DNA of 62,297 nucleotides, filler included, from Platydemus manokwari (Eukaryota): assembly GCA_037951405.1 (NCBI GenBank). It is 6 parts of 6 records of this genome, joined end to end, with 100 filler letters (N's around TTAATTAATTAA, not from the genome) between each part and the next. Parts side by side here need not be neighbours in the genome. Positions count along the whole stretch, not along the records: positions 29,129 to 41,884 come from JBBMOY011976933.1; positions 41,985 to 53,147 come from JBBMOY010863311.1; positions 53,248 to 62,297 come from JBBMOY011307428.1; 3 more parts are not named here. One strand, given 5' to 3'. The translations under genes and the position numbers were made by a program. The notes beneath the pieces were generated by a model. That model was not told where the DNA came from. It did no database searches and worked only from the letters and a program-made list of their open reading frames with translations. This document shows, piece by piece, positions 38,860 through 53,262 of this stretch. Position 1 is the first letter of the stretch; the number at the start of each line of letters is the position of its first letter.

Positions 38860-40480
38860 AACATTAAAATATTTTAAAGAAGAAACATATGATAATCTTT
38901 TAATAATTGAAAAAGGAATAAGGAGTGGAATTTCTGGAGTACATGGAAAAAGAAGAACAGTTTGTAACAATAAAATAACAAATAAAATAACAAATAAAAT
39001 AACAAATAAAATTACAAACCCAAATTTTGAAAGTTCTCGGGAATTAGAATATTTTAAAGGAACACATAAAATATTATGATTATAATTCATTATATTCCAG
39101 TTGTATGTGATTACCTTTACCAACAGGAGAAATGTAAGTAGTTGAACCAATTTATACACCTAGGGAAAAAATCAATCAAAGATTAGAAAAGTTAATAGAA
39201 AAAGAAGAATATGGTTTTATATATGTTGTTGATTTATTATATCCAAAAGAAATACATGAGTATACAAAGAACTTTCCATTTTGTCTAGAAAAATTAAAAA
39301 TAGAAAAAGATTTATTATCTCAATATCAAGTGAATAATCTTATGAATGAAACAACTGAAAAATTAGTTTTAAATCAGTTTGATAAAAATAATTATGTTAT
39401 AGAAGAAACAATGTTAGATTGGTTTGTTCAACACGGAATGGAAGTAAAACAATTTCATAAAAAGTTAAAGTTTAAGAAATCCAAATGGTTGGAACCATAT
39501 ATAATACATAATATAATGAAAAGAAATGAGGCAAAGAAGGTAGATACTTTGGGTGATTTTTTCTATAAATTGTTAAATAATTCAATTTATGGAAAAACAC
39601 TAGAAAATATTAGAAATAGACAATACATAGAAATTGTAACATCCCCGAAAAGATTTCAATTATTAGCTTCTAAACCTTCATGTGAAAGATCTAAGTCATT
39701 TAGTAACAATGTCGTAGCTTGTCATGTGAAACAACCATAAATATGTTTTAATAAATTTAATTACATTAGTTTTACAGTTTTAGAGTATTTAAAATATTTA
39801 GTGTATGAGTTTATATATGATTGTTTAAATATTCATTGTAAAAATAAATATGAAATTCTCTATAGATATTGTGATTCTTTATTTATTGAATAAGAAACAT
39901 TGAATGATTTAACAAGTAAATTAAAAGATTATATCGAACCTGATGTTTTATTTAAATTAAAAGATGAAAAGCCCAAGGCTACATTTAAGCAGTTTGATCG
40001 TATAATATCTAAATTACATGCTTATTTATTAAAAATTGAAAACTTGAATGTGACTATATTTGCCAATGTATGTGTAGTAATATATATTGTATGTCAAATA
40101 TTAAAGAATGCAGAAAAAGTATTTATAAATGTAAATGTAAATGTAATTCTAAAACAACAAATCATTGTAGGTGTAAAGACTCTTGTAAATGTGTTATTTT
40201 TTATAAACGGTTTAATGAAATAAATTCATGTTTGGATACAAAAATAAAATAATTTGATTCCGTTTTACTGGAAAATATTACAATATTAAAAACAAATTTT
40301 GGTTTAAAATCAGAAAATCATAATATATATTTATTTTCCCAGGAAAAAAATGGCTATAGACCCATTTGACGACAAACATTTAATAGAAAATAATGGTATA
40401 GTAACATGGCCATATGGTCATCAATTAAAATGTTTAAGATGTGATAAATGGATTAATAAATTAGACATAGTAAGAAACAA
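38860..40480 (+). pseudogene. Polinton/Maverick protein-primed family B DNA polymerase, C-terminal part, disrupted
   Basis: IIEKGIRSGISG; YGFIYVVDLLYPKEIHEYTKNFPFCLEK; KLVLNQFDKNNYVI; FYKLLNNSIYGKTLENIRNR (motif B); YRYCDS at 39861-39878 (YxDTDS-like); DPFDDKH...TWPYGH C-terminus. Confidence 0.88.
38968..39012 (+). repeat. Tandem 12-mer (AATAAAATAACA, about 3.5 copies) inside polB
   Basis: Encodes NKITNKITNKIT in ORF 38825..39079. Confidence 0.85.
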
Positions 40481-40689
40481 ACATATTGGTTGAAAATCTT
40501 AAAAATTTCATTTTTTATATTATTTTTTATTATTTTATTAGAAATTTCATTAAGTTCATTTTTTAACTTTAATTACTTTAGTTTTAAGCTTTTAACTTCG
40601 TTAATTCCTCACGATATTTCTGTTTTAATTCTTTTTTATTTTCTTTTTTTGCTTCTTGTTGTATTTTACTTTCTAATTTTATATTATTA

Positions 40690-41210
40690 TCATTTTTAAT
40701 TTTTAAAGTTTCTTCACGTAAATCTTTAATAATATCTTTAGCTTTATTAATTTCTTCGTTGGTTAATATATTATCATCTAAAGCTTTTAATTGAAAGAAA
40801 TATAATTTATCAATACCATGCTTAATCGCTTCACAAATTTCCCTATAAATCTTTTTCTTTTTACTACTTAATCCAATATGAAATGATTATCCCATACCAG
40901 AATTTATTGTTGTAAATAAACCAACTCTAGCTCCACAATATAAAGCAATTGTTGGTAAAATTCCAAATCCAAAAGAACTGGTAAAATTGATGTTATTATA
41001 GTTAAAGTTCAACTAGATGTTAAAATAAAATACTTCAAGCTACTATCAACTTTTGTCCATTTACTTTTTAACTTATTATAATGACTTAATAATTCTTCTA
41101 AAACTCTTTTTTAATTCATGAAGTTCTCAATTCTACGTTTATTAATATTTACTTTTAATAAATCATTTTCATAGGGTTAAATACATCGGAGCAGTTGGAT
41201 TATAATTATT
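40690..41210 (-). pseudogene. Polinton-type accessory small membrane protein remnant
   Basis: Minus strand: PTAP N-terminal motif, hydrophobic FTSSFGFGILPTIALYCGARVGLFTTI, then KKKKIYREICEAIKHGIDKLYFFQLKALDDNILTNEEI (KAL.D..I...E pattern I recall from Polinton accessory ORFs). Convergent with polB. Confidence 0.5.
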
Positions 41211-41393
41211 TGGATTATAATCCGAGTATTCTTCAAGTGTAAGGTAGGAATTCTCGATTTTTTGATCCAAACTATTCGAACGAAGTTTCTTCTTCTCCAT
41301 TTTTAAGAAAATTTAATAGAAGGAAAGGGTAGGTGAGGAAAAGGATTTCATCAACTCTTCTTCAACTCAGACCTCATTTGATAGAATTTAATT

Positions 41394-41449
41394 TATGCTA
41401 TAGTTTACGTTGTATTTATTACATTGATCTATGCTATAGTTTACGTTGT
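41394..41449 (+). repeat. 20-bp direct repeat TATGCTATAGTTTACGTTGT x2
   Basis: Directly visible. Confidence 0.8.
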
Positions 41450-41884
41450 TCAATAGAATTTTCGATAATACAACAAATCATGATAATTTTCTTTATATAA
41501 ATGTATGATTTCATTTCTTTTTTCATTATATAAAAAACCTTCAATCGATATAAATTCTAAGGGAATACTTTTTAATGGTCTATTAGGAAATATATTACCA
41601 ATAAATTAATTAATTCTATATGGTTTACCTAATTCTTTAAGTAATTTATCATTTAAGTAAATACAATACTTTCTATTTTTTTGATTTTTTATTAAATTCA
41701 TAAATTCATAATCTGGGTTTTGAAGTCATTAAATCCCATTTCTTTCGAAGGTAAGGAAAAGAAGATTTATCAACACATATATACTGGTCGACAAGATATT
41801 TAACCCAATTGTAATTTCATTATAGATTTTTTATTATTCTTTTTTCTATATAAATTTAAGTGAAATCGATTGAAATGTTGTTTA

Positions 41885-41984
41885 NNNNNNNNNNNNNNNN
41901 NNNNNNNNNNNNNNNNNNNNNNNNNNNNTTAATTAATTAANNNNNNNNNNNNNNNNNNNNNNNNNNNNNNNNNNNNNNNNNNNN
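41885..41984. other. Assembly gap / artificial contig linker
   Basis: N44-TTAATTAATTAA-N44. Confidence 0.98.
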
Positions 41985-42199
41985 TATATATATATATATA
42001 TATGTGTAAATGTAATCGGTTTTCTGCAAAACCATGACTTACACCACACATCTAAAGGCAGCCTAGAAGTATCAGGTTTTGATTTGAGTATAAATGTCGT
42101 CCATTTGTATTTACATATTAGTCGGTCGTGATGGATGGATAAAACGAACAGAATTCCATGTTCTCCAGCAATTATCGATTGATTGGATTTGTATTTTTC

Positions 42200-43000
42200 T
42201 TCAATTTTTCTTGAGAGTATCTTTTAGGGATTATTTATTGAGATACAAAAATTTGACGCCACACATTATGAGTTATAGGATAGATTATAAAGCATCATTT
42301 CAGTTTTTTTAGATAAAGACAAAAGTGAGCAAATTTCTATTTCTATTATTGTGCACCAAAATCACTAAGTCGTTCCAATAATTTTCTTAATATAGCTGTG
42401 ACCTGAATGTTGCTATAAATATTCTCTAAAAGATCGAAATAGAAATCAAACTATTATAGCTGCAACCATGAATCACAGCTTCGCACCAGGCCAGGAAACG
42501 ACATATTGGTATTTCTTCAATAAATATTTAATGTAAAGCTAAAATCTGTGGGAAATCTGTGGGAAATAAACCAAATTTAAAGTTCACTTGGAGGTTAATT
42601 ACCATAGCAACATTAAATGTGGTCTTAGTATGTGATTAGAAAATTTTAGGATTAAATAATTATGAGAATTTCCCTCAAAAGTGAAAATGTGTTATTTGAG
42701 GATATTATCTAAATAATACTTTCAGTGAATAATATGTATTGCGGGAACCAAGGGAATAAATCCCATCGATTGTTTCTTGGTACAGATAGTAAAATCCGTA
42801 TGTACTTATAGCGAATAATTTTACCAATAAATATCTCATTGTACAATCAAATGCTCGATTGATGTCTCACATCTCTAACAGGAAATAGAATGGATTTTTC
42901 TTAAATTGGTGGAATGAAAACTTGTGGTTTCAGTGGGTATATAAGATGAATTTTTAATTGTTCAAACCAATCTATTCAAATGTTCGACAACATTTCAGAT
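42200..43000 (-). mobile_element. Decayed non-LTR reverse-transcriptase remnant
   Basis: AVIHGCSYNSLISISIF (GV.QG..LS-like), NIQVTA(Y), LRKLLERLSDFGA in RT order; heavily disrupted. Confidence 0.35.
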
Positions 43001-46000
43001 GATGCCTGTTCCAGTTCAGTGATTTGTTTTCTGGAATATCAAACCGTTGCTGCCAATAGAATTAATTTTAAATTCACTACTTGATCGCTGTTTCATAGAA
43101 TGGCCCAAAATTAAAATGTGTTCTATCAACATGATTTGAATTTACCCAACCCATATCGACGATTTGTCAATGAAATCATTTGTTCTCCAAGACAGGTCCA
43201 ATGGGGATGAGTCAGGTCAAGAATTACAGAAATAAAGTACAAATAATGGAATCATATGACACATATTTCGAATGGATATAAATTTACCAGTAATGTCTGA
43301 AAAATTGTAATTGTATGTACTTTTGTCAGAGAGAGTGTGTGTATGTGTGAGTCCATTGGTTGTGGATATTCAAATTTGAATTATAAAAAACTCTATTGTC
43401 GAATCTTATCAAACAATTACGCCGGCATGTCCAGATGAAATTTATTCTCTGAGGATTTATATTTACAATATTATCTAGTCAATATCAATTGAGTTTGTCG
43501 TAGATATTCAAAGAAAATTTCATTTTTTGTTAGTCCTGATGAAAATTCGAATTAACAATATAATGGGGGTAATCTCATAAAATTCAAAGGGAAAATTTAT
43601 TGTTTGATAAAACGAATTTTTAATCGAAATTATTTATCTTTTTTCATGAAAAAAATTTAGTAAATCTTTGATTTGGAAAAATCTATTGGAAATTCACTTG
43701 GTTCCTGGAAATAAATTATGAATTTTATTTACAATAGACATTTTATTTTATAAGATTAATGAAAACAATTTCATTATAATTTATTCAGATTGTGATATCA
43801 TTTTATAGATCAGCGTATTTCCTGATTATGGCTCATAATATTATCCACGAGGTTCTATTATTTTTGTATTACTTACAAACAAATATTAACTAAATATAAA
43901 TTAAACGTGACTGAAACTAAATAATTATTATTGAGTAGACATAAATTAATATTCAGAAGGTAAAATACATCAATTTCATATATTTAATTGGTGATTGGAG
44001 GGAATCCAATTTTGAACTTCCTTAACTTCCTAGTGTGACGATTATAAATCAATAAAATATTTTGAACTTATTCTGTTGTTTAGAAATGTTATTTTTAAAA
44101 ATTTTAAAGAAATTTCGAACAGATTTTGTTTATTTGAATAAGTCCGTGATAATTTTTTAATATTTACGATTTATTACGATAAGAGTAGCACAGTTTTATT
44201 TCATATATAGTTATTTATTCTAAAGAACGAGTAAAATAAATATAAAATAAAAACGAGTACAATAACAAGAGCATTTATTGTAATTTATCGTGAAATATGG
44301 TAATAAGAGAATATCGGCCATACGATATCGTTTATTTAGAAAGGGTCCATCGGATGCATGTTCAAAGAATTTGTGCTTATTCTTTGTCTTTGTTTCGACA
44401 TTCAGAAGAGCTCCAGATTATAATTAAAAGAAACTGTAACAATCAATATTTTAGGGAATTTTAAAATATTTAACGATTATTTAAACATACGTTAATATTT
44501 TTATTAGAATAATTGGGTTAAAAATACTTCTAATTATACCATCTAAGATGGTAACCACGGATTTCGATTCGATTCTGAGAAGATCAATGCCAGAGACGTA
44601 TAGAATAGCGTATAGACAAGATAGAGAGAAGACAAAAATATTTAGATAATAAATAAGGTTTTTACTATCGATAAATATATTGAGAATTCGACACAGAAAA
44701 TATAAAATATATAGAGAGAAATTCAGGAAGAAATATAGAAGGTAAATAGAGAATTCAATAGCAAAGAAACGTAAAGAAAATTGTAAAGAAGTGAGGATTT
44801 TAAAACATTATATGATATTTTAAATATTACGCATATTTTTTATTAAAAAAACAAAAATAATAAATGCGAACTATTTTAATAATTTGGCAAGACTATTTGC
44901 GTTGACTGCTAAAAATCATTTTCAATTCGTATCCAATGAAAAGTAGCGGCTAAGAACTTTCTTACAATCTTTATTTATTGTCCTTTATAAAATTTTATCA
45001 TTTTTTTAAAATTGTATTTGATGCCAAATTTTAAAAATGTTCTGGGATGATCCAGATTGTGTTTTAATCTGTCATTCTTTGGTAAATTACAAGAAGTCCT
45101 AACAAGTGCCACATTTTATGACAAATGTCCATATTTTCTCAATATTTCATGACGAATTACATAGCCTATTGTGGTAGATTTGCTTTTATCTTGGTGCAAT
45201 GATAACCATTAATTTACAATCGATTTATTGTTCAAGATAGATTTTAAGTGAAAAATTTCATTCGGAAATCCATTTAAGAGCATTTTTTCTACTGTTTAAA
45301 AAATGTTTTGAAAAACTTAAACAAATATTTAACATTTCCTTAAATAATGAATTAAAGCAGTATTTTGTCATATATTAACGCATGCACAGCCAATAATCAA
45401 TTAAATAAATCTCTCTGCACATTCAACTGACAGCTGATACGTATAATCTCTAAAATAAAATTATAAAATTAAAAAAATAGCTTATGACCTTATTCTTTTC
45501 TTGAATTTTAGAAATTAACATTTATATTCGATTTTTTATTCTCAGTATGACTAAAAAATTTAACAAAGTCTTATTAGGTCTCCTCCTTTGGAGGATTTTT
45601 AATATGGATGCCAAATTTTGAAAATACAGAATTATCACTTAATATATTAATAATCTTGGTGATTATTTTCTGAGAATCAATGAATAACAAAAGAATCCCC
45701 ATATTACTATCGTTTTAGTCCATGCTTCGATTATAATTTTAAATTTAGACAGTGTTTGATGTACTTCTAATTTTCAAGTTCTTTCGTGCATCTGTGATTT
45801 CGATTTCTGACGTTAATATAAAGAAAATTATCAAACACCTAATTCGCATCTAATATTCGGTGCAGTTGTCTTCAACTGTGGACTTCCTATTACTCGTTCT
45901 CTCGAGAGAAATTAAGGTTTCTGAATTACCCAGAAATCTTTGAGTCAATATTTGAAGAATTTTCGTGCAATAGTTTATAATAATTTAAAATAAAACTCAA

Positions 46001-49000
46001 ACATAATATAACATTTGAAAAAGATTCAATCGCTATTTAAAAATTTATGACATTTTCACATTAATCACTCTGAACTAGATTACTCATCATAAATACTATG
46101 TTATATTTTTTCAGAGTTGTTCCAATTATAGAGAAAAATTTCTTTGAAATGATCTTAACTGAAAACTTAAGAACATCGACAACATTCTTTTAGATTACCG
46201 TCTTGAAATATTAATTGGTTTTGAGTTTGGAAGAATTGAAAAAGAAATAACGACATTTGGTATCTTTCAAACCTGGTTTTTACCAAATACAATCATCCAT
46301 ATATACACAAACTTATAATCACAACCACCGACCAATCGGAAACGTAATAAGCCTGAAAATTCATGTAATTGAAATGTATCACTCAACAAGTAGACACATG
46401 TAAAAACAAACTACTACTTTCCTTCGAAAATGATCAATTCTAAACATAGTTATGGAAACATAGATACCATAAGAAAATAACAAACAAACATGTAAGACTT
46501 ATCGAGACTCTTTGTATGTTAAAACTTATCAACAACGGTGTAGAATTCAGATGACATTTTTTTGGTATTTGTATGTTAGTTTTAATAAATTTTGATTAAG
46601 TTCTTCTTTTATATTACCGTATATAACAGTATATAGGACGCACTTATTTATCAAAAGTTTGGCTAAAAAAATTGCCTTATGAAGTTAATACCTTTCATAG
46701 GCTAATCTTCATAGTATCTGTCAGCATAAATAATTTGTGTGTCTATCCTTGTGTGTCGATATTAAATAATAACGCAACTCTCCTTAAATGCCATAATCAA
46801 ATTAATCAAAAACCATAGCCCAAGTGTGGGAGCGGGTGAGGAAATATTGGAAAGAAATTAGAAGTATTTTAAGAACTGAGGCATTATCAATGTCTTTCTT
46901 ATCGCAGAAGCTAATGTGTTATTTGAAGTATATGATTCCCATTTTCTTACTGTGTTTCGGTTTATATTCAAGTGATTTCCGCTTGTGTTATGTGTTGCTA
47001 AATTGCTTTCAACAATATATGCTTATAAACATTAAAAACTTTTCTTCAATCTGCACTGCTGAAATTGGAGTGAATCTTATATGTCCGTGTGTCCTACATA
47101 CCGTCAAATACGGTATATTGTACCTGCGACATTGCTTGATTAACCAATTTCAAATAATCAAATGTTTGAAGAAACTCGACAGAACTAAAATCGTAACAAC
47201 TTACTTAACTCATCAATTAAGTCCTAATGGTATTGGAGTTTTGTTCGAAGTTTCGACACCGGATTTCGCAAGTTGTTAGAAACTCTTTGTTGAACATTAT
47301 TTAACCTTTCCTTCATTGATTTATTAGTGAACTATTTTATCGTCGATTAAAACAAATGATAGAAATGTTCTTATGTGTAAATGATTCAGAAACGAATATT
47401 ACAGCATTGTCGAACAATTCCCTGATGGAAATAGAAAGAAAGAATATAGTTTGGATATAAGAGAACATTAAACAATAACATAATTAAATAAAACACATGT
47501 AGGTAGAAGTACTTGAAGTATAATGGAATAATTTGGCATGAAAAAATAATAGTTGATACCTTGGAAACTAAAGTATTTATCAATTACATACACTTTTTCC
47601 TTCACGAACTTACATAAATAATCCATTGACCAATCAAAATTATGGTAAACCAAAAAATTCAGTTCGTTGAAATATATACGATAGACACATACAGAAATGA
47701 ACCGTGCTCAAACACAATTAATTTGAAAGATGATTTTCTAAATTATAAACTCACAAAATCAGACAACCTTTCGATTAGGAAAATATGAGTAACTGAGAAA
47801 TTTTGCTTGTTGTCAGTTTATCGAATCAGTAGCAATGAAGAATTGGATTCAATATCGATTTGCGGATTGTGCAAATAATTAAATAAATCTTAATGATCGA
47901 TATTTTTAAATTTGAATTTTCAATGCAGAGTGACTATTATTGAATTATAGACTAGTTCTTATGATACCATGTTACTAAGACTGATAAAAAATTAGAAGTT
48001 ATGAAATGTTCGATAATGCACAGATAATGTGAAATATTTGATATAATACCGATCGATAAACTTTAAAAACGTTAAAAATTTTTGAAATACAATCACAAAA
48101 GGCTGAAATCTAACTGTTGACAAATAGATAGCACTTCAGGCACAGATGTCTCCGGTACTCAGTTTGAAATATTCTATAAAATAATCATTGAAAATATATG
48201 AGTGGTCAGTGAAGTAAATAATTACGGTTTAAAAATATATAAGCAAGTTAAACTACCTTACATCTGGAGATCTATTAGAAAAGTTAGCAAAGAGGCATAG
48301 CAACAAGTGAGATATTACAAAAGGTAGACATTTAAGTCTAAGAAAGGCCGACTTTGATAAAATACACAACAGCATAAAAACTAATCAGAACAAAATGTAC
48401 CAAATATCGACTAAACAAGTTATTGTATAGAATCATTTCTCAGGCATAATAATCACGGCAGTATAACTAATCAACATTTTCTCCAAATTGTTTTGGCTTG
48501 GTCGAATAACATTAGCTTCCACCACTAGCAACTTTTAATCCAACTTTTTCCTAAGGATTTACCTTTTCTTTGTCATAATTCAGCAAATAGCATCAATGTC
48601 AATTTCATGTATTATAATTATATCGATGGTTTTGAAAAATATAAAATTTTGTTAGTCATTATTATTCATAGATATACTCCTATATTCCTAAACTAGACAC
48701 TCCTATGGGGAATTTCAAAAGTACTACATATAATAAACCAAAAACTCACTCCTTTAATTACTTACTGTCGGTTGTTTGTCCATCGATTTATATCACATAA
48801 TCCCATCAATAATTTTATAAATATTGGCGTTATTGTCACAAGGGCCATGGACTCGAAGTTGAAGTTTTGAAATGGAGTTGCAATTTGTGATTTAAATCTT
48901 TAAAGTTGTTCATTCCCTACCACTTAATATTATTTTAAAATTGATAAGCTTATTATTACTAAATGAACAGAAAAACTTAACATTCTCTATTCATCTAAAA

Positions 49001-50729
49001 CAAATTTCTTAAAATCAGCGGTTTATGGACTTTCAACACGACGCATATTAGATTAGCGGACAATATCCTTTACACAGAAATCCGTCAATTCTAAGAATCA
49101 AAATCATTTATCAACATCATAAATATGTATTTGGTAAATGACCCATGAAAAAGAAATCAAATATCCATGACGTAAGCTAGCAGTTTTTGGCGATTCATAA
49201 TGTTGTCAATGGTCTTGAAGTAAACATGGCATACTTCATATATTGAATCATATTTTTAATAATATTGTAGGTAAATTTAACCTTTCCCTTCAAACAATCA
49301 GGATGATTAACAATTTTGACATGAGAATAAAAATGTATTTGACTTTTTACTTAATTAATCATTTGATCTGAATTTCACCTATGCCCACATACATACATCA
49401 AATTTAAAAATAGCTCGTATTCTAAAGTGGATCATCCGTTCCAAAATTTTTACTCGTGTTTATTTATCGACAACTTCAATGAATTTTAAGTGCCATTTAT
49501 AAAATTATATGTGCACTGTTTAAGTTGGATAAATATCATCAAATCTTTATTTTATTTTAATAAATAACACGTATAACCATTACCATTGTTAGTTCAATTC
49601 TTAAATATGTTAAGTGTAGTTGGTAAGCTTCTTGTTGTCTATTTTAATAAGTACCAGAATTAATATTAATCCCACATTTTATTATTTATTAATAATAGTT
49701 ATAAATTTTCTTCATCACAACACATAATGAAACGATTGTGAAAATTCATGGATTTTGTATCATGTTGTACCAATAAGTATTTACATTTTTCGAACAATAT
49801 TTGTTAATCAAAATTAATTAAAATAATAAAAAATGTCGATCAAAATAACGAAAACTGTAGGCTGGTATAACCATTTGATAAATATGTCAATAAACATTTA
49901 TTATACATCCATATCTATATCAATCCCTGTAAAAATTTACTAATCCACTTCATAATATAATTGATCAACAGTCAGGTTAACTTCAAAACTTTGACCTTGA
50001 TTTTTATTTCAATTTTCTTAATATTATCATCTACCAACATTATACCTCGAAATGTTTTTTTTAACTGGTGGATTATACAAATTTATAAATTTATATACAA
50101 ATTCAAAAAATTATAATTTTATCAGTAAATAATTAAAACCGATTGATAATACTGTTTCATTTAAATAAGTGTTTATATAGAATAATTACCATGCAAATAA
50201 AATTTTCTAGAAAATCTATTAAATAAATATAATAATAATATTTTGATTTTCTAAAAAACTATAAAGAAACTATTTTATACTTAAATGATTTCAAATTGAC
50301 ATTTGTTGTCACCAAAATTATTTAATAATCAGAATTTCTTAATTTGCTATTTCTTATATGAATGTGTGTATACACTACAATCATTACAAGCTCATGTTAC
50401 AAAAAATAGAAAAATATTCTTATGCATTTAACACATACATTACCAAAGAAATTTAGAATATTTTAAGTCTTATAAATTTTATTTAACAAAATGGTTTTCA
50501 ATAAGTATAAAAATGAATTACAATTATTTATTTCTCTTAAATTTAAAATAAAATAAAATGTTCATATAAAAATTTGTTTGTAACTCTTATTAAACTCAAG
50601 GTATCTAGGGTGATTTCGTCTGGACTTTTTCGACCTATGAAATTCGATTTATTATTAGAAAGTACGTATTTCTATATTTATATATCGATAAATAGCCACA
50701 TACAAGAATTTGTTTTAATTTTTGTAGCT

Positions 50730-52199
50730 ATGAATGATGTTACACAACGAAGTTGTCCAAAACAAGTTATTGGAAAAATTGATAAATTTAATAAGTCATC
50801 ATTCAATTCAAATATGATGGATGGAATAGATTCAGAATGTTCCATTAAGATAAAGGAAAATGATTACAATCCTCAAAAATATTCTGTAAATAAAGTGATG
50901 GAAGCAACTTCAAATACCTTAAATAAAATAAAAATCAACAAGCTTCATTTCATTGACATTGAAGAAATATCTGTTCATGATCTGGAAACTAAGTTGAAAG
51001 GTAAAAATACGATATGCTTGATAGACACAAGAGATGTTAGAACATATAAAAATGGTCATGTGATAAAAGCAGAATTATTTAATTGTACAACAAGAACAAT
51101 GATGATGAAAGCGAAAAAGAATTGGGATAAATTTTATCAGAGTCGAAGTGATTTTGAAACTGTTGTGATTTATAATCAGAAAGGCGAAAAATCTCAACAT
51201 TTGACGGACTTTTTGGAGCATCTACGAAAAGATTTCGATTGCACATACTTTGTTAAAGGTTATTTTATTTTTTTTCTTGTGTATTACATAATACTTTAAT
51301 TAATCGTACTTTTAAATTATTAGATTTATATATCATTAAAGGGTTTCTTAATTAACTTTGAAAATGTTTTTAAACAAGCCATTTTGATTTTCAATTAGTT
51401 TTGCTCATCGATTTGAAAAAATGATTTACCATTTAGTAATCTTATTAATTTTTGAAATTTAATAATCTATAAACGAAATTATTCATTTGCAATTTTAGCT
51501 GACGTTGAACAAATTGATTCAATTAGTCAGTTGCAATCTTGATTTTCTGGAAAAATCAAAATACAAAGTACTTGTTCATTGCATTTATTTCAGTTGTAAT
51601 TGTATTGAATATAATGATTAAATTCAACATTTTTGATTCAGATATATTTAAATTTCATTTATTATAGGTGGCTATGAAGAATTTATAAAACATTCTCAAA
51701 AAGAATTTATCGAATCTAGCATTCCTGAAGAAAAAATTGACCAGTACCATTTCAGTCCGACCAATGAATCAAATAGGTCTACTGATGTATTAAATGCAAC
51801 TATTTCTGAAATATTACCATATCTATACCTAGGTAATTCTAGACTCTTCCATTTATATTATAGCTAAATTAAAAAGTTTTTATTATTTGATCTACATATT
51901 GATTTAAATCGACTTGTATTGAATTTGTATTTTTAAATTGTTACTATATTTAGAATGACGTCATAAATATTTTTATTTTAGTGGGCGTTATTTAATATTA
52001 ACATTATTTCTTAAAGGTAATGAAATGGATTCCAATGATATTGACGTTTTGAGAGAAAAGAAAATTACTCACATTTTAAATGTGACGACTAATGTGCCTT
52101 TTTATCGTGAAGATCTGTTTGTATACAAGCGTCTTTCAGCCACTGATTGCAATTTGCAAGATATGCGTGCGCATTATGATGAAGCAATTAAATTTATAG
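50730..52199 (+). CDS. Dual-specificity MAPK phosphatase, DUSP10/MKP5 (puckered)-like, 3'-partial; exons 50730-51258, 51668-51832, 52017-52199
   Basis: Rhodanese/CH2 domain (LIDTRDVRTYKNGHVIKA...VKG|GYEEF) and phosphatase domain ISEILPYLYLG|NEMDS...HILNVTTNVP...YKRLSATDCNLQDMRAHYDEAIKFI, closely matching DUSP10 (ILPFLFLGNEQDA, YKRLPATDS). Phase-1 GT-AG introns. The catalytic HCxxGxSRS exon was not found. An acceptor just before the ATG allows an upstream exon. Confidence 0.88.
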
Positions 52200-53147
52200 G
52201 TGAATTTAATATGATATGAAAATTATAATGTTTTGATTTTTTTTATTGATATCTATTGATTTATTATGGAATCAGAAGGCTCACAACATTGACTGTTGGA
52301 ACATTTGGATTTATAGAATTAATTGCGAATACACACATACATTGATTCAATAGTGTAGTTCTTGAATTTGATTGGCTGGTTATTAGATAGAACTCAGGTA
52401 GCAAAAATACACAAATATTTTTCCAATAAATAAAATTATTAACAAATAATATAATCATTATATTATTTAGCTTATTTGTAGCGCATTTTTAAAAATTTTT
52501 GTGAAAAAAACTATCAAGTTTTGTATTAAAATAATTCTTTACATATGCGAATAGATTGCGTTTTTGTAATTTTTAATTAAAATTTATCGATTAATTTAAG
52601 GCACACGAAAGAAAGAAACATGATTTTTAAAATTATTTTCAAATAAAAATTTAGAGGAGGAGTACATTTGGGATTTTCATTTGTTTGAATAGTTGATCTA
52701 GAAAACTTGATGTAAATATATATTTTTTAATTTTCATAATTTCCTGATTAGAGCCTACCCAATCGATGTTAACAAATATAGATTTAATCTGACGTATTAA
52801 TGATGGGTTTATTAATTTAAACAATCTAAAATCTCATAGATCAAAAGTCAACACAGCTTCATAGGAAATCAGTGATTTAACTTAAATTTAAACAAAGTAG
52901 TTGGAATAAATTATAAACATATGGTATAAGGTAAATCATTGGATTTGTACTTTTCTTAAACATATTGATTGGTAAATGATGAGTGATAAGCATTTCCAAT
53001 TTTAGAAACGCGAAATAATTTGTTGTTTAAATGATTTAATATATATAAATACATTCATACCTTTTCAGTTTATCTACTTTCTCCGACTTACTTTTTGATA
53101 CGTTCACTGTAATTAATTAAATATCTTGTGCGCGCCTCTATTCCTAT

Positions 53148-53247
53148 NNNNNNNNNNNNNNNNNNNNNNNNNNNNNNNNNNNNNNNNNNNNTTAATTAAT
53201 TAANNNNNNNNNNNNNNNNNNNNNNNNNNNNNNNNNNNNNNNNNNNN
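53148..53247. other. Assembly gap / artificial contig linker
   Basis: N44-TTAATTAATTAA-N44. Confidence 0.98.
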
Positions 53248-53262
53248 GAGAATAGATTCATA

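Noticed and set aside
44537-44553. Palindrome TACCATCT-A-AGATGGTA, or TGG as a primer-binding site
   Set aside because: No adjoining LTR end or tRNA complement recognised; an isolated hairpin.
44900-49300. Scattered coding-like remnants (RH..IH-like motif near 45150, LFA..QEK..KVGL near 48550, hydrophobic ORFs 46824-47653)
   Set aside because: Probably decayed non-LTR elements or pseudogenes, but the motifs are too few and too broken to assign.
29306-52199. TAB2-like and DUSP10-like genes as a functional JNK/p38 gene cluster
   Set aside because: They are on different contigs joined by an artificial linker, and two pathway-related neighbours can occur by chance.
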